Source of the DNA: Verrucomicrobiota bacterium
GTDB taxonomy: Bacteria; Verrucomicrobiota; Verrucomicrobiia; Limisphaerales; CAIQOK01
DNA: 64,000 nt
NCBI GenBank assembly: GCA_046346715.1
Contig: JAXMHO010000002.1
Span: forward strand, 83,059 to 147,058
Direction of reading: 5' to 3'
The notes under the pieces were generated by a model. It was not told where the DNA came from. It did not search any database and saw only the letters and a list, made by a program, of their open reading frames with translations. The position numbers and the translations under genes are program-made. How positions within the stretch are numbered: position 1 is the stretch's first letter; each line of letters begins with the position of its first letter. This document shows, piece after piece, positions 26,435 through 36,140 of the stretch.

Positions 26435-28983
26435 CAGCTTGCGAGACTCCCAATCTTCACCAGCTTCAAAACCGGTTCTTCGAGCTTTCTTGATTCAATC
26501 AAGTCCACTTCAAGCTCCACCACCCAGTCGTTGTTCTCCTCCGGGTCCACGAGCATTTGCTGCACGCGCCAGGATTTCTTGTCCTCCGCCGGCGTGACGT
26601 AGGTGTGGCGGGCGTTGCGCGCGTTCGGGTCGAGGCAGATGTATTTGTGGTCGGCGTGATAGGTGTCGAGCGTTTGCTTGAATCGTTCCGGCGTCCACGG
26701 CTGGCCGTCGGCGTCCAGCGGCGACGCAAAGTTTGTCAGGGCCGTTTCAAAATCGCCGATGACCAGACCGCGCAGGAAGGAGAAGACCTTCTGACGGATC
26801 GCCGCGGTGAACGTCTTCGTGTCGCGCGTGACGTCCTTGTCCGCCTCCTCGGCACCGGGCGGGCGCAGTTCCTTGGTTTCCGCGCGTTGATAATTCGGGT
26901 CGCGGAGCTTTTCCCATTCATCAAGCAGGCTGGAGTCGATCTGCCGGATCATCGAGCTGAGATAAAGCTCCATGTCGCGGATGGCGTCGTTCTTGGCGGC
27001 GTCGGGAACAGTCTGGGAAAGCACCTTGAACACACGGTTCAAGTAACGCAGCAAGACGCCCTCGGCCCGCTGCAGTTCATAGTCGCGGATGTAATCCGAG
27101 AACGACCGGAACGACTCGAACATTTCGCGCGCGATGGATTTCGGGCGGATGTTTTCCTGGCCGACCCACGGATGCCGCGCGGCGAAGGCGTTGAAGGTGT
27201 CATAGACGAAGTCGCGGTTCGGCTTGGGATATTCGCACTTCTCCAACTCCTCCATGCGCGCGTCGTATTCCACGCCTTCCATTTTCATCTCGGCCATCTT
27301 CTGGTCCTTCACGCGGTCGAGCTGTTTGCGGAGAATGATGTCCGGGTTTTCAACGATGGACTCAACGAGCGTGAGCAGGACGAGCGCGTGATCCGGCGCG
27401 TTGGGATCCATCAGCGGAATCGTGTCAAGCAGGTAGAGCGACAACGCCTGGTCCATGGAGAAATCCTCCTGCAGCTCGACGTTCACGCGGAGATACGAAC
27501 CCTCGGCGGTCTTGGGAACAAACTCGATGATCTTCCGGTCCAGCAGCGAGCGGAACAACTGCCACGCCCGATCCCGATGCGCCTGCTTCTGCTTCGGGGT
27601 GTCATGGCAGTCATGAATAAGCCGCTGCATGGCGCGGCAGCCGTCACCCTTCCGGCTGAGAACGTTCAACAACATACCGTGCGACACTTGGAAGCGCGAA
27701 ACCAGCCGCTCCGGCGGCGCGACAATCAGCCGGGCAAAGGTGTTCTTGTCCCAGTTGACGAAATTCTTCTCCGGTGGCTGGCGCTTCACCGTCTTCTTGC
27801 CGTCGCGCGCCGACTTCTCGGCGAGCTTGAGGTTTTCGATGACATGCTCCGGCGCCTGGGCGACGACCCAGCCCTGATTGTCGAAGCCCTTGCGCCCGGC
27901 CCGGCCGGCGATCTGATGAAAGTCGCGCGCCGACAGAATGACCGTCTTCTGGCCGTCGAACTTGCACAGCCGCGTGAACAGCACGGTGCGGATCGGCACG
28001 TTGACGCCCACGCCCAGCGTGTCGGTGCCGCAGATGACCTTGAGCAAACCGCGTTGCGCCAGTTGCTCAACCAGCACGCGATATTTCGGCAGCAGACCGG
28101 CATGATGCAGACCGATGCCGTGCCGCAGCCATTTCTTGATCTCGGGGCCGTAGGGACTGCTGAACTTGAATCCCTCCAGCGCCGACGCGATGGCGGCCTT
28201 CTCGTCGCGGGAACAGACGTTGAGGCTGGTGAAGTCCTGCGCGCTTTGCGCGGCTTCGAGCTGCGTAAAATGGACGACATACACCGGCGCGCGTCCGCCG
28301 GCCACGAGACTTTCCAAAGTCTTGGCCAGCGGCAGTTCCGAGTATTCATGCGCCAGCGGCACCGGACGTTGCGCCGAGGAAATCGTCAAGGACGGACGCC
28401 CCGTCAGCCGCGTCAGCACCTCCTCAAAGAACGTCGTCTCGCCCAGCGTCGCGGACATCAGGAGGAAGCGCGTCTGCGGCATCGTCAGCAGAGGAACCTG
28501 CCACGCCACGCCGCGCTCGCGGTCGGCGTAGTAATGAAATTCATCCATGACGACGTCGCGGACATTTGCCGACGAACCTTCGCGCAGCGCAATGTTGGCG
28601 AGGATTTCCGCCGTGCAGCAAAGGATGGGCGCGTCATGGTTCACCGAGCCGTCGCCGGTGCTGAGGCCGACATTCTCCGGGCCGAACTCGCGGCAGAGCG
28701 CCATGAACTTCTCGTTCACCAGCGCCTTGATCGGGCAGGTATAAATCGAGCGGCGGCCGCGGGCGATTCCCTGAAAGTGCAGCGCGGTGGCGACGAGGGA
28801 TTTCCCCGAGCCGGTGGGCGTGTTGAGGATGACGTTCTTGTCCTCGAACAATTCCAGGATGGCCTCCTCCTGCGCCGGATACAGCGTCAACCCGCGGGCC
28901 TCGACGTATTCCAGAAAACGTCCGAGCAGGACATCGCTGCCGGTGCGCCCGTCGCGGGGGATGAGATCGTAAAGCGTGGTCAC
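26434..28983 (-). CDS. Ski2/HelY-like DEAD/DEAH-box helicase with a long C-terminal (DUF3516-like) domain
   Basis: 849 aa. [45 protein letters not shown]. Confidence 0.85.
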   Translation of the reverse strand: MTTLYDLIPRDGRTGSDVLLGRFLEYVEARGLTLYPAQEEAILELFEDKNVILNTPTGSGKSLVATALHFQGIARGRRSIYTCPIKALVNEKFMALCREFGPENVGLSTGDGSVNHDAPILCCTAEILANIALREGSSANVRDVVMDEFHYYADRERGVAWQVPLLTMPQTRFLLMSATLGETTFFEEVLTRLTGRPSLTISSAQRPVPLAHEYSELPLAKTLESLVAGGRAPVYVVHFTQLEAAQSAQDFTSLNVCSRDEKAAIASALEGFKFSSPYGPEIKKWLRHGIGLHHAGLLPKYRVLVEQLAQRGLLKVICGTDTLGVGVNVPIRTVLFTRLCKFDGQKTVILSARDFHQIAGRAGRKGFDNQGWVVAQAPEHVIENLKLAEKSARDGKKTVKRQPPEKNFVNWDKNTFARLIVAPPERLVSRFQVSHGMLLNVLSRKGDGCRAMQRLIHDCHDTPKQKQAHRDRAWQLFRSLLDRKIIEFVPKTAEGSYLRVNVELQEDFSMDQALSLYLLDTIPLMDPNAPDHALVLLTLVESIVENPDIILRKQLDRVKDQKMAEMKMEGVEYDARMEELEKCEYPKPNRDFVYDTFNAFAARHPWVGQENIRPKSIAREMFESFRSFSDYIRDYELQRAEGVLLRYLNRVFKVLSQTVPDAAKNDAIRDMELYLSSMIRQIDSSLLDEWEKLRDPNYQRAETKELRPPGAEEADKDVTRDTKTFTAAIRQKVFSFLRGLVIGDFETALTNFASPLDADGQPWTPERFKQTLDTYHADHKYICLDPNARNARHTYVTPAEDKKSWRVQQMLVDPEENNDWVVELEVDLIESRKLEEPVLKLVKIGSLAS

Positions 28984-29047
28984 GTCGCAAAATCCTATCG
29001 TGAATAATTACTTTCGGAAACTTTCGTTTGGAATATTGCCTATCGCA

Positions 29048-29097
29048 GGTAGGGCGGCGCTGCCGCGCCGCCGGCGAAGCAGCAGCTTCGCCCTACC
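29048..29097. repeat. compact REP doublet (GGTAG-hairpin / hairpin-CTACC)
   Basis: GGTAG-GGCGGCG-CTGCCG-CGCCGCC then GGCGAAGC-AGCA-GCTTCGCC-CTACC. The CTA of the right tail (29093-29095) is the trmL stop codon. Confidence 0.75.
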
Positions 29098-29560
29098 GCA
29101 GTTCACCGGTGAAACCCTGCTGCCGCAGGGCCTCGAACAAAACCAGCGCCACGCAGTTCGACAAATTCAACGACCGCGCCGCGTCGTTGAACATGGGAAT
29201 CCGCAGCCAGCGGTCGCGATGCTGTTCGAGAATCGGCCGGGGCAGTCCGGCGGTTTCCCGGCCGAACACGAGGTAATCATCCGGCTGAAACTTCGCATCG
29301 GCATAGCAAGTCGGACCGTCGGACTCGACGAACCACAGCCGTGCCGAGGCCGGGAGCTGGCCGACAAATTCCGTCCAACTTTTCCAGCGATGCCACGTGA
29401 CGTGCTGCCAGTAATCCATGCCGGCGCGTTTCAGCTGCGAGTCGTCGAGCTTGAAGCCAAACGGTTCAACCAGGTGCAGCGTCGTTTTCGTGGCGGCGCA
29501 GAGGCGCGCGACGTTGCCGGTGTTTGGCGGGATTTCAGGTTCGAGCAGGACGATGTTCAT
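29093..29560 (-). CDS. trmL: tRNA (cytidine/uridine-2'-O)-methyltransferase TrmL (SpoU family)
   Basis: 155 aa. IVLLEPEIPPNTGNVARLCAAT, ...IPM...RSLNLSNCVALVLFEALRQ. Confidence 0.85.
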   Translation of the reverse strand: MNIVLLEPEIPPNTGNVARLCAATKTTLHLVEPFGFKLDDSQLKRAGMDYWQHVTWHRWKSWTEFVGQLPASARLWFVESDGPTCYADAKFQPDDYLVFGRETAGLPRPILEQHRDRWLRIPMFNDAARSLNLSNCVALVLFEALRQQGFTGELR

Positions 29561-29576
29561 GGAGATCTATTCCGCG

Positions 29577-29696
29577 TCCGCCTCCCTCTCCTCCTCAAAA
29601 GGAGGAGAGGGTCGGGGTGAGGAGGCATTCTTTTTTTCAAGTGGAGCTCCCCTCACCCCAGCCCTCTCCCCGCTTAGACGGGGAGAGGGAGGAGGT
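29577..29696. repeat. two adjacent palindromic elements in the trmL-truA spacer
   Basis: TCCGCCTCCCTCTCCTCC-TCAAAA-GGAGGAGAGGGTCGGGGTGAGGAGG (29577-25) and CCCTCTCCCC-GCTTAGAC-GGGGAGAGGG-AGGAGG (29662-29695). The second contains the last 8 codons and the stop of truA. Confidence 0.8.
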
Positions 29697-30468
29697 CTCT
29701 GGGACACTTTCGCCTTCTTGGATTTGTAAAAAACTTTTGCAGCACCAGACCGTGGGCCGGCGCGCTCATGCCGCCGCGCCGGTCCTTCTTGGCGAGCATG
29801 GCCTTCACGGCCTCCGGCGGAAACCGGCCAAAACCAATCTGCACCAGCGTCCCGACAATGCCCCGGCACATCCGGTAAAGAAATCCCTCGCCCTCGATGA
29901 TGAAGGTGAACAGGCAGCCGCTTTTCTTGATGTCGCAGCGCGTCAATCGGCGCACGGTGGTTCCCGGTTCGTAGTCGGTCTTGGCGGTGAAGGACTGGAA
30001 GTCGTGTTCGCCCGGAAAGTGTTTGGCCGCCGCCCGCATCTTGGCGAGGTCGAGCTGGCGCGGCATGTGCCACGCCGTCTTTTGCAGCAGCGGATTCATC
30101 GCGTGATGGCTCCAGACGTAATACCGGTATTGCTTGCCGCTCGCGTGAAAGCGGGCGTGAAAATCTTTTGGCACGCGCGCTGACGCCAGCACCCGGATGT
30201 CGTCGGGCAGCCAGGCGTTGAGGGCGAGGGCGAGTTTGCGGGCGGGAACCTTCGCCTCCGTGCGCGGCACTTCAAAATGCGCCGCCATGCCCAGGGCATG
30301 GACGCCCGTGTCCGTGCGGCTGGAACTGTGCAACCGCGGCGCGCTCGGAAAGAGCTTCGCCAGCGCGCCCTCGACCTTTTCCTGCACGCCGGAGCCGATC
30401 TTCTGCAACTGCCAGCCGTGATAGGCCGAGCCGTCGTAGGCGAGGGTGAGTTTGAATTTGACGTTCAC
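29674..30468 (-). CDS. truA: tRNA pseudouridine(38-40) synthase
   Basis: 264 aa. KLTLAYDGSAYHGWQLQ, RTDTGVHA catalytic Asp motif. Confidence 0.9.
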   Translation of the reverse strand: MNVKFKLTLAYDGSAYHGWQLQKIGSGVQEKVEGALAKLFPSAPRLHSSSRTDTGVHALGMAAHFEVPRTEAKVPARKLALALNAWLPDDIRVLASARVPKDFHARFHASGKQYRYYVWSHHAMNPLLQKTAWHMPRQLDLAKMRAAAKHFPGEHDFQSFTAKTDYEPGTTVRRLTRCDIKKSGCLFTFIIEGEGFLYRMCRGIVGTLVQIGFGRFPPEAVKAMLAKKDRRGGMSAPAHGLVLQKFFTNPRRRKCPRDLLPLPV

Positions 30469-30515
30469 GATTCCTGAGTTTCACCGCGGGAGCCGGGGAG
30501 ATCCTGCGGTGCACT

Positions 30516-30938
30516 TCATCCGACCAGGCTGTCCAGGTAGCTTTGCAGCAGGATGGCGGCGGCGGTCTTGTCCACCTTCTCCTTGCGCTGGTCGCGGCGG
30601 GTGCCGGCGGCGATGAGAAATTTCTGCGCCTGCGAGGTGGTCAGGCGTTCGTCCCAGGTCTTGATCGGCACGGCGAACTTCGCGCCGAGCGCCGCGGCAA
30701 ACTCCTTCGCCTTCAACGCCGCCGGGCCGTAGCTGCCGTCCATGTTGCGCGGCATGCCGATGAGAATCAGTTCAACCTCCTTCTCCTGAAGCAAGGTCTG
30801 CAGGCGGGCGAGCAACGCGTCGAACGGCTCGGCGGGAATATACTCCAGCGGCGAGGCGATCATCTTGAGCTCGTCGCTCACCGCCACGCCGACCCGTTTG
30901 GTTCCGTGATCCAATGCAAGAATACGCACAGCCACCAT
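30516..30938 (-). CDS. ruvX: Holliday junction resolvase-like / pre-16S rRNA nuclease YqgF
   Basis: Track ORF runs to 31139. The conserved part starts at ATG 30938 (MVAVRILALDHGTKRVGVAVSD...GMPRNMDGS...DERLTT). Confidence 0.85.
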   Translation of the reverse strand: MVAVRILALDHGTKRVGVAVSDELKMIASPLEYIPAEPFDALLARLQTLLQEKEVELILIGMPRNMDGSYGPAALKAKEFAAALGAKFAVPIKTWDERLTTSQAQKFLIAAGTRRDQRKEKVDKTAAAILLQSYLDSLVG

Positions 30939-31029
30939 GCTTCCAATTTGCGGCGCAAAGGCAATCCCCGTTTCCAATCCGCCTCCGGAAGCTCGCCACC
31001 CGGAGACTTCCCTGCTAAACAGTCCGGCG

Positions 31030-33117
31030 ATGGAACTGCGCGAGTTTGCCGAACAGGTTTTGTTCTCGACCTCGATCGAACAGAAACTGCAGGTGCCGGA
31101 CGTCATCACCGATGAACGGCCGGGCTCCGCGCTGGTCACCCCGGCGAGCCCGGGCCGTCCCGCCCATCTTCACTTCAAACCCCACGGCACCGGCAGCAAG
31201 AGCGAATTCCCCGGGCTGCAACGGCTGGAGCGGCAGGACGAGCGCGGCAAGCTCCTCCACTTCTTCGCCAACCACGAACTGCTCGCCACCGAACTGATGG
31301 CGCTGGTGCTGTTGAAGTTTCCCGACGCCCCCGCCGCATTTCGCAAGGGCGTGCTGGAGACGCTCAAGGACGAGCAGGAGCACACCCGCTGGTACATCGA
31401 ACGAATCCGCGCCTGCGGCATCGAGTTCGGCGAACTGCCCGTCAGCGGCTATTTCTGGCGCTGCGTGTCGCCGATGGAAAACCCGATTGACTACGTCGCC
31501 GGGCTTTGCCTCACGTTCGAGCAGGCCAACCTGGACTTTGCCGGACATTTCGCGAAGGGCTTTGCGACCGTCGGCGATGCCGACACGGCGAAGCTGCTGG
31601 GGAAAATTTACCGGGACGAAATCGGCCACGTCGCCTACGGGCTGAAATGGTTTCGCCGCTGGAAAAATCCCACGGAGAACGACTGGGAGGCCTTTTGCCG
31701 CACGCTGAAGTTTCCGCTCTCGCCGCAGCGCGCCAAGGGATTTTCGCTGAACGTCGAAGGCCGCCGCGCCGCCGGGCTGGACGCGCAGTTCATCGCGGAG
31801 CTGAACGTCTATTCGCAGTCCAAGGGCCGGACCCCGAGCGTCTTTGTCTTCAATCCCTTTGCCGAGGGACGTATCGCAGAAGGCCGGACATTCAACGCGA
31901 ACCAGCATCAGGCGCAGCTTGCCCGCGACCTGGCAAACCTCCCGCAGTTTCTCTGCCGGCAGGATGATCTCGTGCTCGTGGGCCGGAAGCCGTCGGTGGA
32001 ATTTCTCAGCGGCATCAAGCAGGCGGGTTTTCCCCTGCCAGAATTTTTCGAGACCGCCTCGCTGGCCGGACTCCGCGCCCGCAAGCTCGGCCGGCTGCGT
32101 CCGTGGGCGTGGGGCCCGGACAGCTTCGACCTGCTCCGCCCGCTGTTCGCCAACGTGACCGGCGAACAGCGGTGCGACGAGGCGCGGTTCAACGCCACCC
32201 TGGCCGGACTTTATTCCAAGTCGTGGAGCGCGGATTTCCTGAGGGAGATTCTTCCCCGCAGCGACCAGGGCTGGCTGTGCACCGAAAACGAAGCCGGCAC
32301 GACGGCGCGGACGCTCGACCAGGCCTTGTCGGCGATTCGAGCCATCCGCGCGCGCGGACATCATCGGATCGTCGTCAAGGAAGCGCTCGGTCTCGCCGGC
32401 AGCAACGCGATGCGGCTGTTTGAACCGGAGGTGCTGGAATCGCATCAGCGCTGGATGAGCAAGGCGTTGCAAAACGGCCGGGCGCTGGTGGTCGAACCCT
32501 GGCTCGACCGCCTTCAGGATTTTTCGATCCAGCTCGAAATGTCCGGCGACGGGTTGAAGCTCTGCGGCTTCACCGGCTTGGTAAACGACGCCAAGGGACA
32601 GTTCCAAGGCAACTGGGCGGAATCGCATCACCACAAGCGCATCCCCGGCAAGGTCGTGAGCCTGTTTGAAGGCATCCCCGACATCTCCACGCGCATGCTG
32701 GAATTCTACGAGGGCGTTTTCAAAACGCTCGCACAACGGCTGCAGCAGGCGGACTTCACCGGACCGGCGGGCATTGATGCCTTTGTCTATCGCGACGCCG
32801 TTGGCGCGGTGCGGCTCAAGCCCGTCGTGGAAATCAACCCGCGCTACACGATGGGCCGCCTGATGGTGGAGCTGATGAAGCAGGCGTGTCCGGGCAGCAG
32901 CGGTGAATTTCATCTGTTCAACGCGGCGCAACTGAGGCAGCCGGGCTTCGCCACCTTCGCCGACCTCGCGGCATCGCTGCGGACACGTTTCCCGCTGGAG
33001 CTGGAGGGCGAGCCGGTCCGCAAAATCCACTCCGGCGCTGTCTGCCTCAACGATCCGTCCGTGGCGCAGGTGTGTCTGGCGGTGTTTCAGGTTCATCCGC
33101 GGCCGCCGGGTGGTTGA
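31030..33117 (+). CDS. fusion protein: N-terminal ferritin-like DUF455 domain plus C-terminal ATP-grasp-like domain
   Basis: Track ORF 30937; ATG 31030 (MELREFAEQVLF). DUF455-type di-metal helices: HFFANHELLATELMALVLLKFPD, LKDEQEHTRWY, FEQANLDFAGHF, YRDEIGHVAYGLKWF. The C-terminal ~430 aa contain RIVVKEALGLAGSNAM, VVEPWLDR and KPVVEINPRYTMG (ATP-grasp-like). Confidence 0.6.
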   Translation: MELREFAEQVLFSTSIEQKLQVPDVITDERPGSALVTPASPGRPAHLHFKPHGTGSKSEFPGLQRLERQDERGKLLHFFANHELLATELMALVLLKFPDAPAAFRKGVLETLKDEQEHTRWYIERIRACGIEFGELPVSGYFWRCVSPMENPIDYVAGLCLTFEQANLDFAGHFAKGFATVGDADTAKLLGKIYRDEIGHVAYGLKWFRRWKNPTENDWEAFCRTLKFPLSPQRAKGFSLNVEGRRAAGLDAQFIAELNVYSQSKGRTPSVFVFNPFAEGRIAEGRTFNANQHQAQLARDLANLPQFLCRQDDLVLVGRKPSVEFLSGIKQAGFPLPEFFETASLAGLRARKLGRLRPWAWGPDSFDLLRPLFANVTGEQRCDEARFNATLAGLYSKSWSADFLREILPRSDQGWLCTENEAGTTARTLDQALSAIRAIRARGHHRIVVKEALGLAGSNAMRLFEPEVLESHQRWMSKALQNGRALVVEPWLDRLQDFSIQLEMSGDGLKLCGFTGLVNDAKGQFQGNWAESHHHKRIPGKVVSLFEGIPDISTRMLEFYEGVFKTLAQRLQQADFTGPAGIDAFVYRDAVGAVRLKPVVEINPRYTMGRLMVELMKQACPGSSGEFHLFNAAQLRQPGFATFADLAASLRTRFPLELEGEPVRKIHSGAVCLNDPSVAQVCLAVFQVHPRPPGG

Positions 33118-33193
33118 GCGATGGCCGCGGCAAAAAGCATTGCCTTGGCGGGGGCCGGCTGATTTGATGAAGCCGCCTTCAGAAGGGAACCAC

Positions 33194-34357
33194 ATGAGAA
33201 CGTTATTTTCGCTCGGTTTGACGGTCGGTTTGCTGCTTTCGCTTCAGACGTCCAGTTTTGGCGAACAGCACCGGGCCACGCGCCTGGGCAATCCAGCCAC
33301 GCGCTTTGCCCCGACGCTTTACACGCCGGACGACCTGCGCGCGCGGTTCCGCGATGAAAAGCTCAAGCCCGATTTCGCCGAAGTCCTCCGGCAATGGGGC
33401 TGGAAGGGAAATCTCGCCGACCTCTTTGCCGCCGCCGCGACGAACACCATCACGGAGTGGAGCATTCCCATCGGCACCACGATGCCGTTCATGTCCTCGC
33501 GCGAGGACGGCCGGGCCATCTGCCTGCGCAACGTTCTCTGGGCCGGCAAGGAGCCCGCGCCGGCGTATGCCTTCTTCTTCAACTCCAACGGCCGCCGCTA
33601 CCGCTGCATCACGCCGAAGGCCTGCAGCAACTTCTTCGTCGAGGACCTGGGCGAAATTCCCCGGCCCGGTCTCGCGCTGGAATGCTCCGCGCCCGCCAAC
33701 GGCCTGATTGGTCGTCGCGCGGAAATCTGCCTGACCGTTCACAACACCGGGAATGTTGCGCAGCCGCAGACCGTCGTGATGCTGCCGATTCCCGCCGGCA
33801 CGGCGTTCGTGAGCGCGACCGGCGGCGGCACGGCGACGAACGGCCTGGTGACCTGGATGATTGAGAACCTCGCCACCAATGCCAGCGAACACGTCTGCGC
33901 GACGTTCAATCTCCGCCAGCTTGGCAGCATTCCGTTCGCCTCGACGGCGGCGGGTCCCACGGCCAAGGCGCAGTCCGCCTGTGCCACCACGGTGGCGGGT
34001 TTGCCGGCCATTCTGTTGGAGACGGCGGATTTGCAGGACCCGATTCCAGTCAACGGCGAGGTGACGTATGTCATCAAGGTGACGAACCAGGGTTCCAGCC
34101 CGGCCACGCAGGTGCGGCTGGTCTGCACCCTGCCCGCCAGCGAACAATTCATTTCGGCCACCGGCACCACGACCGCCAGCAGCCATGAGCGGACCGTGAC
34201 CATGGAACCGGTGGCGGTGCTCGCGCCCAAGGCGGTGGCGCAATGGCAGGTGGTGGTGAAGGCGCTCTCCGCCGATGACGCGCGGTTCCGGGCGGAGGTC
34301 AGCAGCGAGCAGTTCGAGCAGCCGATTCCCAAGGACGAGGCCACCCAGCTTTACTGA
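33194..34357 (+). CDS. secreted protein with DUF11-type repeat domains
   Basis: Track ORF 33110; ATG 33194 gives signal peptide MRTLFSLGLTVGLLLSLQTSSFG. C-terminal repeats CLTVHNTGNVAQPQTV... and VTYVIKVTNQGSSPATQVRLVCTLP. Confidence 0.55.
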   Translation: MRTLFSLGLTVGLLLSLQTSSFGEQHRATRLGNPATRFAPTLYTPDDLRARFRDEKLKPDFAEVLRQWGWKGNLADLFAAAATNTITEWSIPIGTTMPFMSSREDGRAICLRNVLWAGKEPAPAYAFFFNSNGRRYRCITPKACSNFFVEDLGEIPRPGLALECSAPANGLIGRRAEICLTVHNTGNVAQPQTVVMLPIPAGTAFVSATGGGTATNGLVTWMIENLATNASEHVCATFNLRQLGSIPFASTAAGPTAKAQSACATTVAGLPAILLETADLQDPIPVNGEVTYVIKVTNQGSSPATQVRLVCTLPASEQFISATGTTTASSHERTVTMEPVAVLAPKAVAQWQVVVKALSADDARFRAEVSSEQFEQPIPKDEATQLY

Positions 34358-34423
34358 GACGCCGGCCGTCCGGCATTTTCCAGTGTTGCCAAAAACCGCG
34401 GCGAAAGCCCAATATAGCCCAGC

Positions 34424-34921
34424 ATGTCCACGGTCACCGATCAGTTCCGGCAGGCGCGCGAAGCGCAGAACCTGACCGTCCAGCAAGTCGCCGAGCTTAC
34501 CAAGATGCGCGGCGACCACGTGCGCGCCTTTGAGGAAGGGAACTTCAGCGTCTTCTCCGCGCCGGTTTACATCCGGGGATTCGCCCGCACTTACTGCAAG
34601 CTGCTCAAGCTCGACACTGCGCAGATGGTTTCCGCGCTGGACCGGGAGTTGAACGGCACGGAACAGTTCAGCGAACCGCCGCCGCTGTCGGATAACCCGA
34701 AGGGCATTTTGGATTTTGTGATGCTTCAGCTCTCGAAGCTGAACAAAAGCGCGGTGCAAACGCTCGTGGGCGTGGCTGTCTTCCTGGTGATTCTCGCCAT
34801 CGTCTTGTTTGTCTGGCGCGAGAAGCGGGGCGCCGATCCGCTGAAAGGTGTGAAGCCGGGAATGTATGAACCGGCGGCGGGCAATTCCGGCGACACCCTC
34901 GCGTTGCCGGCGCGGCGCTGA
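34424..34921 (+). CDS. HTH-domain membrane protein, RodZ-like
   Basis: 165 aa. N-terminal HTH (LTVQQVAELTKMRGDHVRAFEEGNF), PVYIRGFARTYCKLL, and a single TM helix. Confidence 0.55.
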   Translation: MSTVTDQFRQAREAQNLTVQQVAELTKMRGDHVRAFEEGNFSVFSAPVYIRGFARTYCKLLKLDTAQMVSALDRELNGTEQFSEPPPLSDNPKGILDFVMLQLSKLNKSAVQTLVGVAVFLVILAIVLFVWREKRGADPLKGVKPGMYEPAAGNSGDTLALPARR

Positions 34922-35440
34922 TCACGCGGCCAGTTTCTTTCCGACCGCCACCGCCAGCACGACGACATTCACGTAAACGGCCGCCAAGGCATCGTCGATC
35001 GTCACCCCCCAGCCGCCGGGCAAATCCTGCGCCTGCCGCACCGGCCAGGGCTTCCAGACATCGAACAAGCGGAACGCCGCAAACACCCCAACGGTCGCCA
35101 GCAAACCGCGCCCGGCAAAGAAATGTTCCACTCCAGGAAACGCGCCCGTCCTCCCAACCTCGGCCGTCACCCAACCCACAAAGCACAACGGAATCGCGGT
35201 GATTTCATCCAGCACGATGGAACCCGGATCGGTTTGGCCGAGAATTTTTTCCCCCAAGCCGCACAGCCAGACCGAAAGATAAAGCCCGAGGATCGTTCCC
35301 AAGAGAAACAGCCAGAGATTGTGCGTCAGCAGAAGAACGGCGAACCAGCCCAGCCCAACCACCGAACCGAAGGTGCCCGGCGCCACGGGAATGCGGCCGC
35401 TCCCAAACCCCTGCGCAATCCAAAGAGCCAGCGCGTTCAC
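34922..35440 (-). CDS. pgpA: phosphatidylglycerophosphatase A
   Basis: Track ORF runs to 35539. GTG 35440 overlaps the pgsA stop (GTGA). GFGSGRIPVAPGTFGS, DPGSIVLDE, FRLFDVWKPWP, GWGVTIDD. Confidence 0.8.
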   Translation of the reverse strand: MNALALWIAQGFGSGRIPVAPGTFGSVVGLGWFAVLLLTHNLWLFLLGTILGLYLSVWLCGLGEKILGQTDPGSIVLDEITAIPLCFVGWVTAEVGRTGAFPGVEHFFAGRGLLATVGVFAAFRLFDVWKPWPVRQAQDLPGGWGVTIDDALAAVYVNVVVLAVAVGKKLAA

Positions 35441-36027
35441 ATGTCGTCGAGGTAAAGCCGCCGATTTTTCCAGAGGTAAAGCCAGCCCGACGTGAACGTC
35501 AGCAGCACGGCAAGCCACTTTGCCGCGTGCGAAAACCACCAGACCCAGGGATGATCCCCGAAGCCCCAGCCGAAGAGCAGTTCACCCGCCCGGCCCCAGT
35601 CGGTGTAGGCGTGCAGCACCAGCACGGCGATGATGGCGGTGATCTGCGAGATGGTCTTGTGCTTGCCGTAACGCTCGGCGGCCAGCACGACGTTCTTGGA
35701 CGCGGCCAGCAGGCGGAGGCCGGTGATGGCGAGCTCGCGGGCGACCACCACGACAGTCATCCAGGCTGGGAGCCAGCCGACGCCGACGAACGCAATGAAG
35801 GCGGAACAGACCATGATCTTGTCCGCGAGCGGGTCCATGAGAATCCCGAAGTTCGTAATGAGATTCCGGCGGCGGGCGATTTCGCCATCGAGAAAGTCCG
35901 TGATGCCCGCCGCGCAAAACAGCACCAGCGCAATCGTCTCGTGGAATCTCATCTGCGAAAACAGCACGATGAGAAAGGCCACGGTCAGAACGAAGCGCGA
36001 CGCGGTCAATTGATTCGGCAGGTTCAT
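35437..36027 (-). CDS. pgsA: CDP-diacylglycerol--glycerol-3-phosphate 3-phosphatidyltransferase
   Basis: Track ORF runs to 36153; ATG 36027 gives MNLPNQLTASRF. CDP-alcohol phosphatidyltransferase motif DFLDGEIARRRNLITNFGILMDPLADK. Confidence 0.85.
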   Translation of the reverse strand: MNLPNQLTASRFVLTVAFLIVLFSQMRFHETIALVLFCAAGITDFLDGEIARRRNLITNFGILMDPLADKIMVCSAFIAFVGVGWLPAWMTVVVVARELAITGLRLLAASKNVVLAAERYGKHKTISQITAIIAVLVLHAYTDWGRAGELLFGWGFGDHPWVWWFSHAAKWLAVLLTFTSGWLYLWKNRRLYLDDM

Positions 36028-36140
36028 GCGTGTGTCGGCGGCGAATTTCGGGCAAACCCCCGCGGATGTAAATTTTATTCGCCGCCCGGCCTGGTTGATT
36101 TTGCCTTTCGATTTCACCCACCCGCGTCTAGTTTGACGCC

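Noticed and set aside
26557-29007. 816-aa plus-strand ORF opposite the Ski2-like helicase
   Set aside because: The minus strand carries all the SF2 helicase motifs in order. The plus-strand product is low-complexity and R/A/G/L-rich.
30939-31139. N-terminal extensions of track ORFs (ruvX to 31139; also 2064-2303, 22855-22971, 33110-33193, 21242-21352, 36028-36153)
   Set aside because: The extensions overlap neighbouring genes or repeats and lack conservation-like sequence. Downstream ATG/GTG codons give canonical N-termini or signal peptides.
31015-33195. 726-aa minus-strand ORF opposite the DUF455/ATP-grasp gene
   Set aside because: Same-length mirror ORF with shadow composition. The plus strand has conserved di-metal and ATP-grasp-like motifs.
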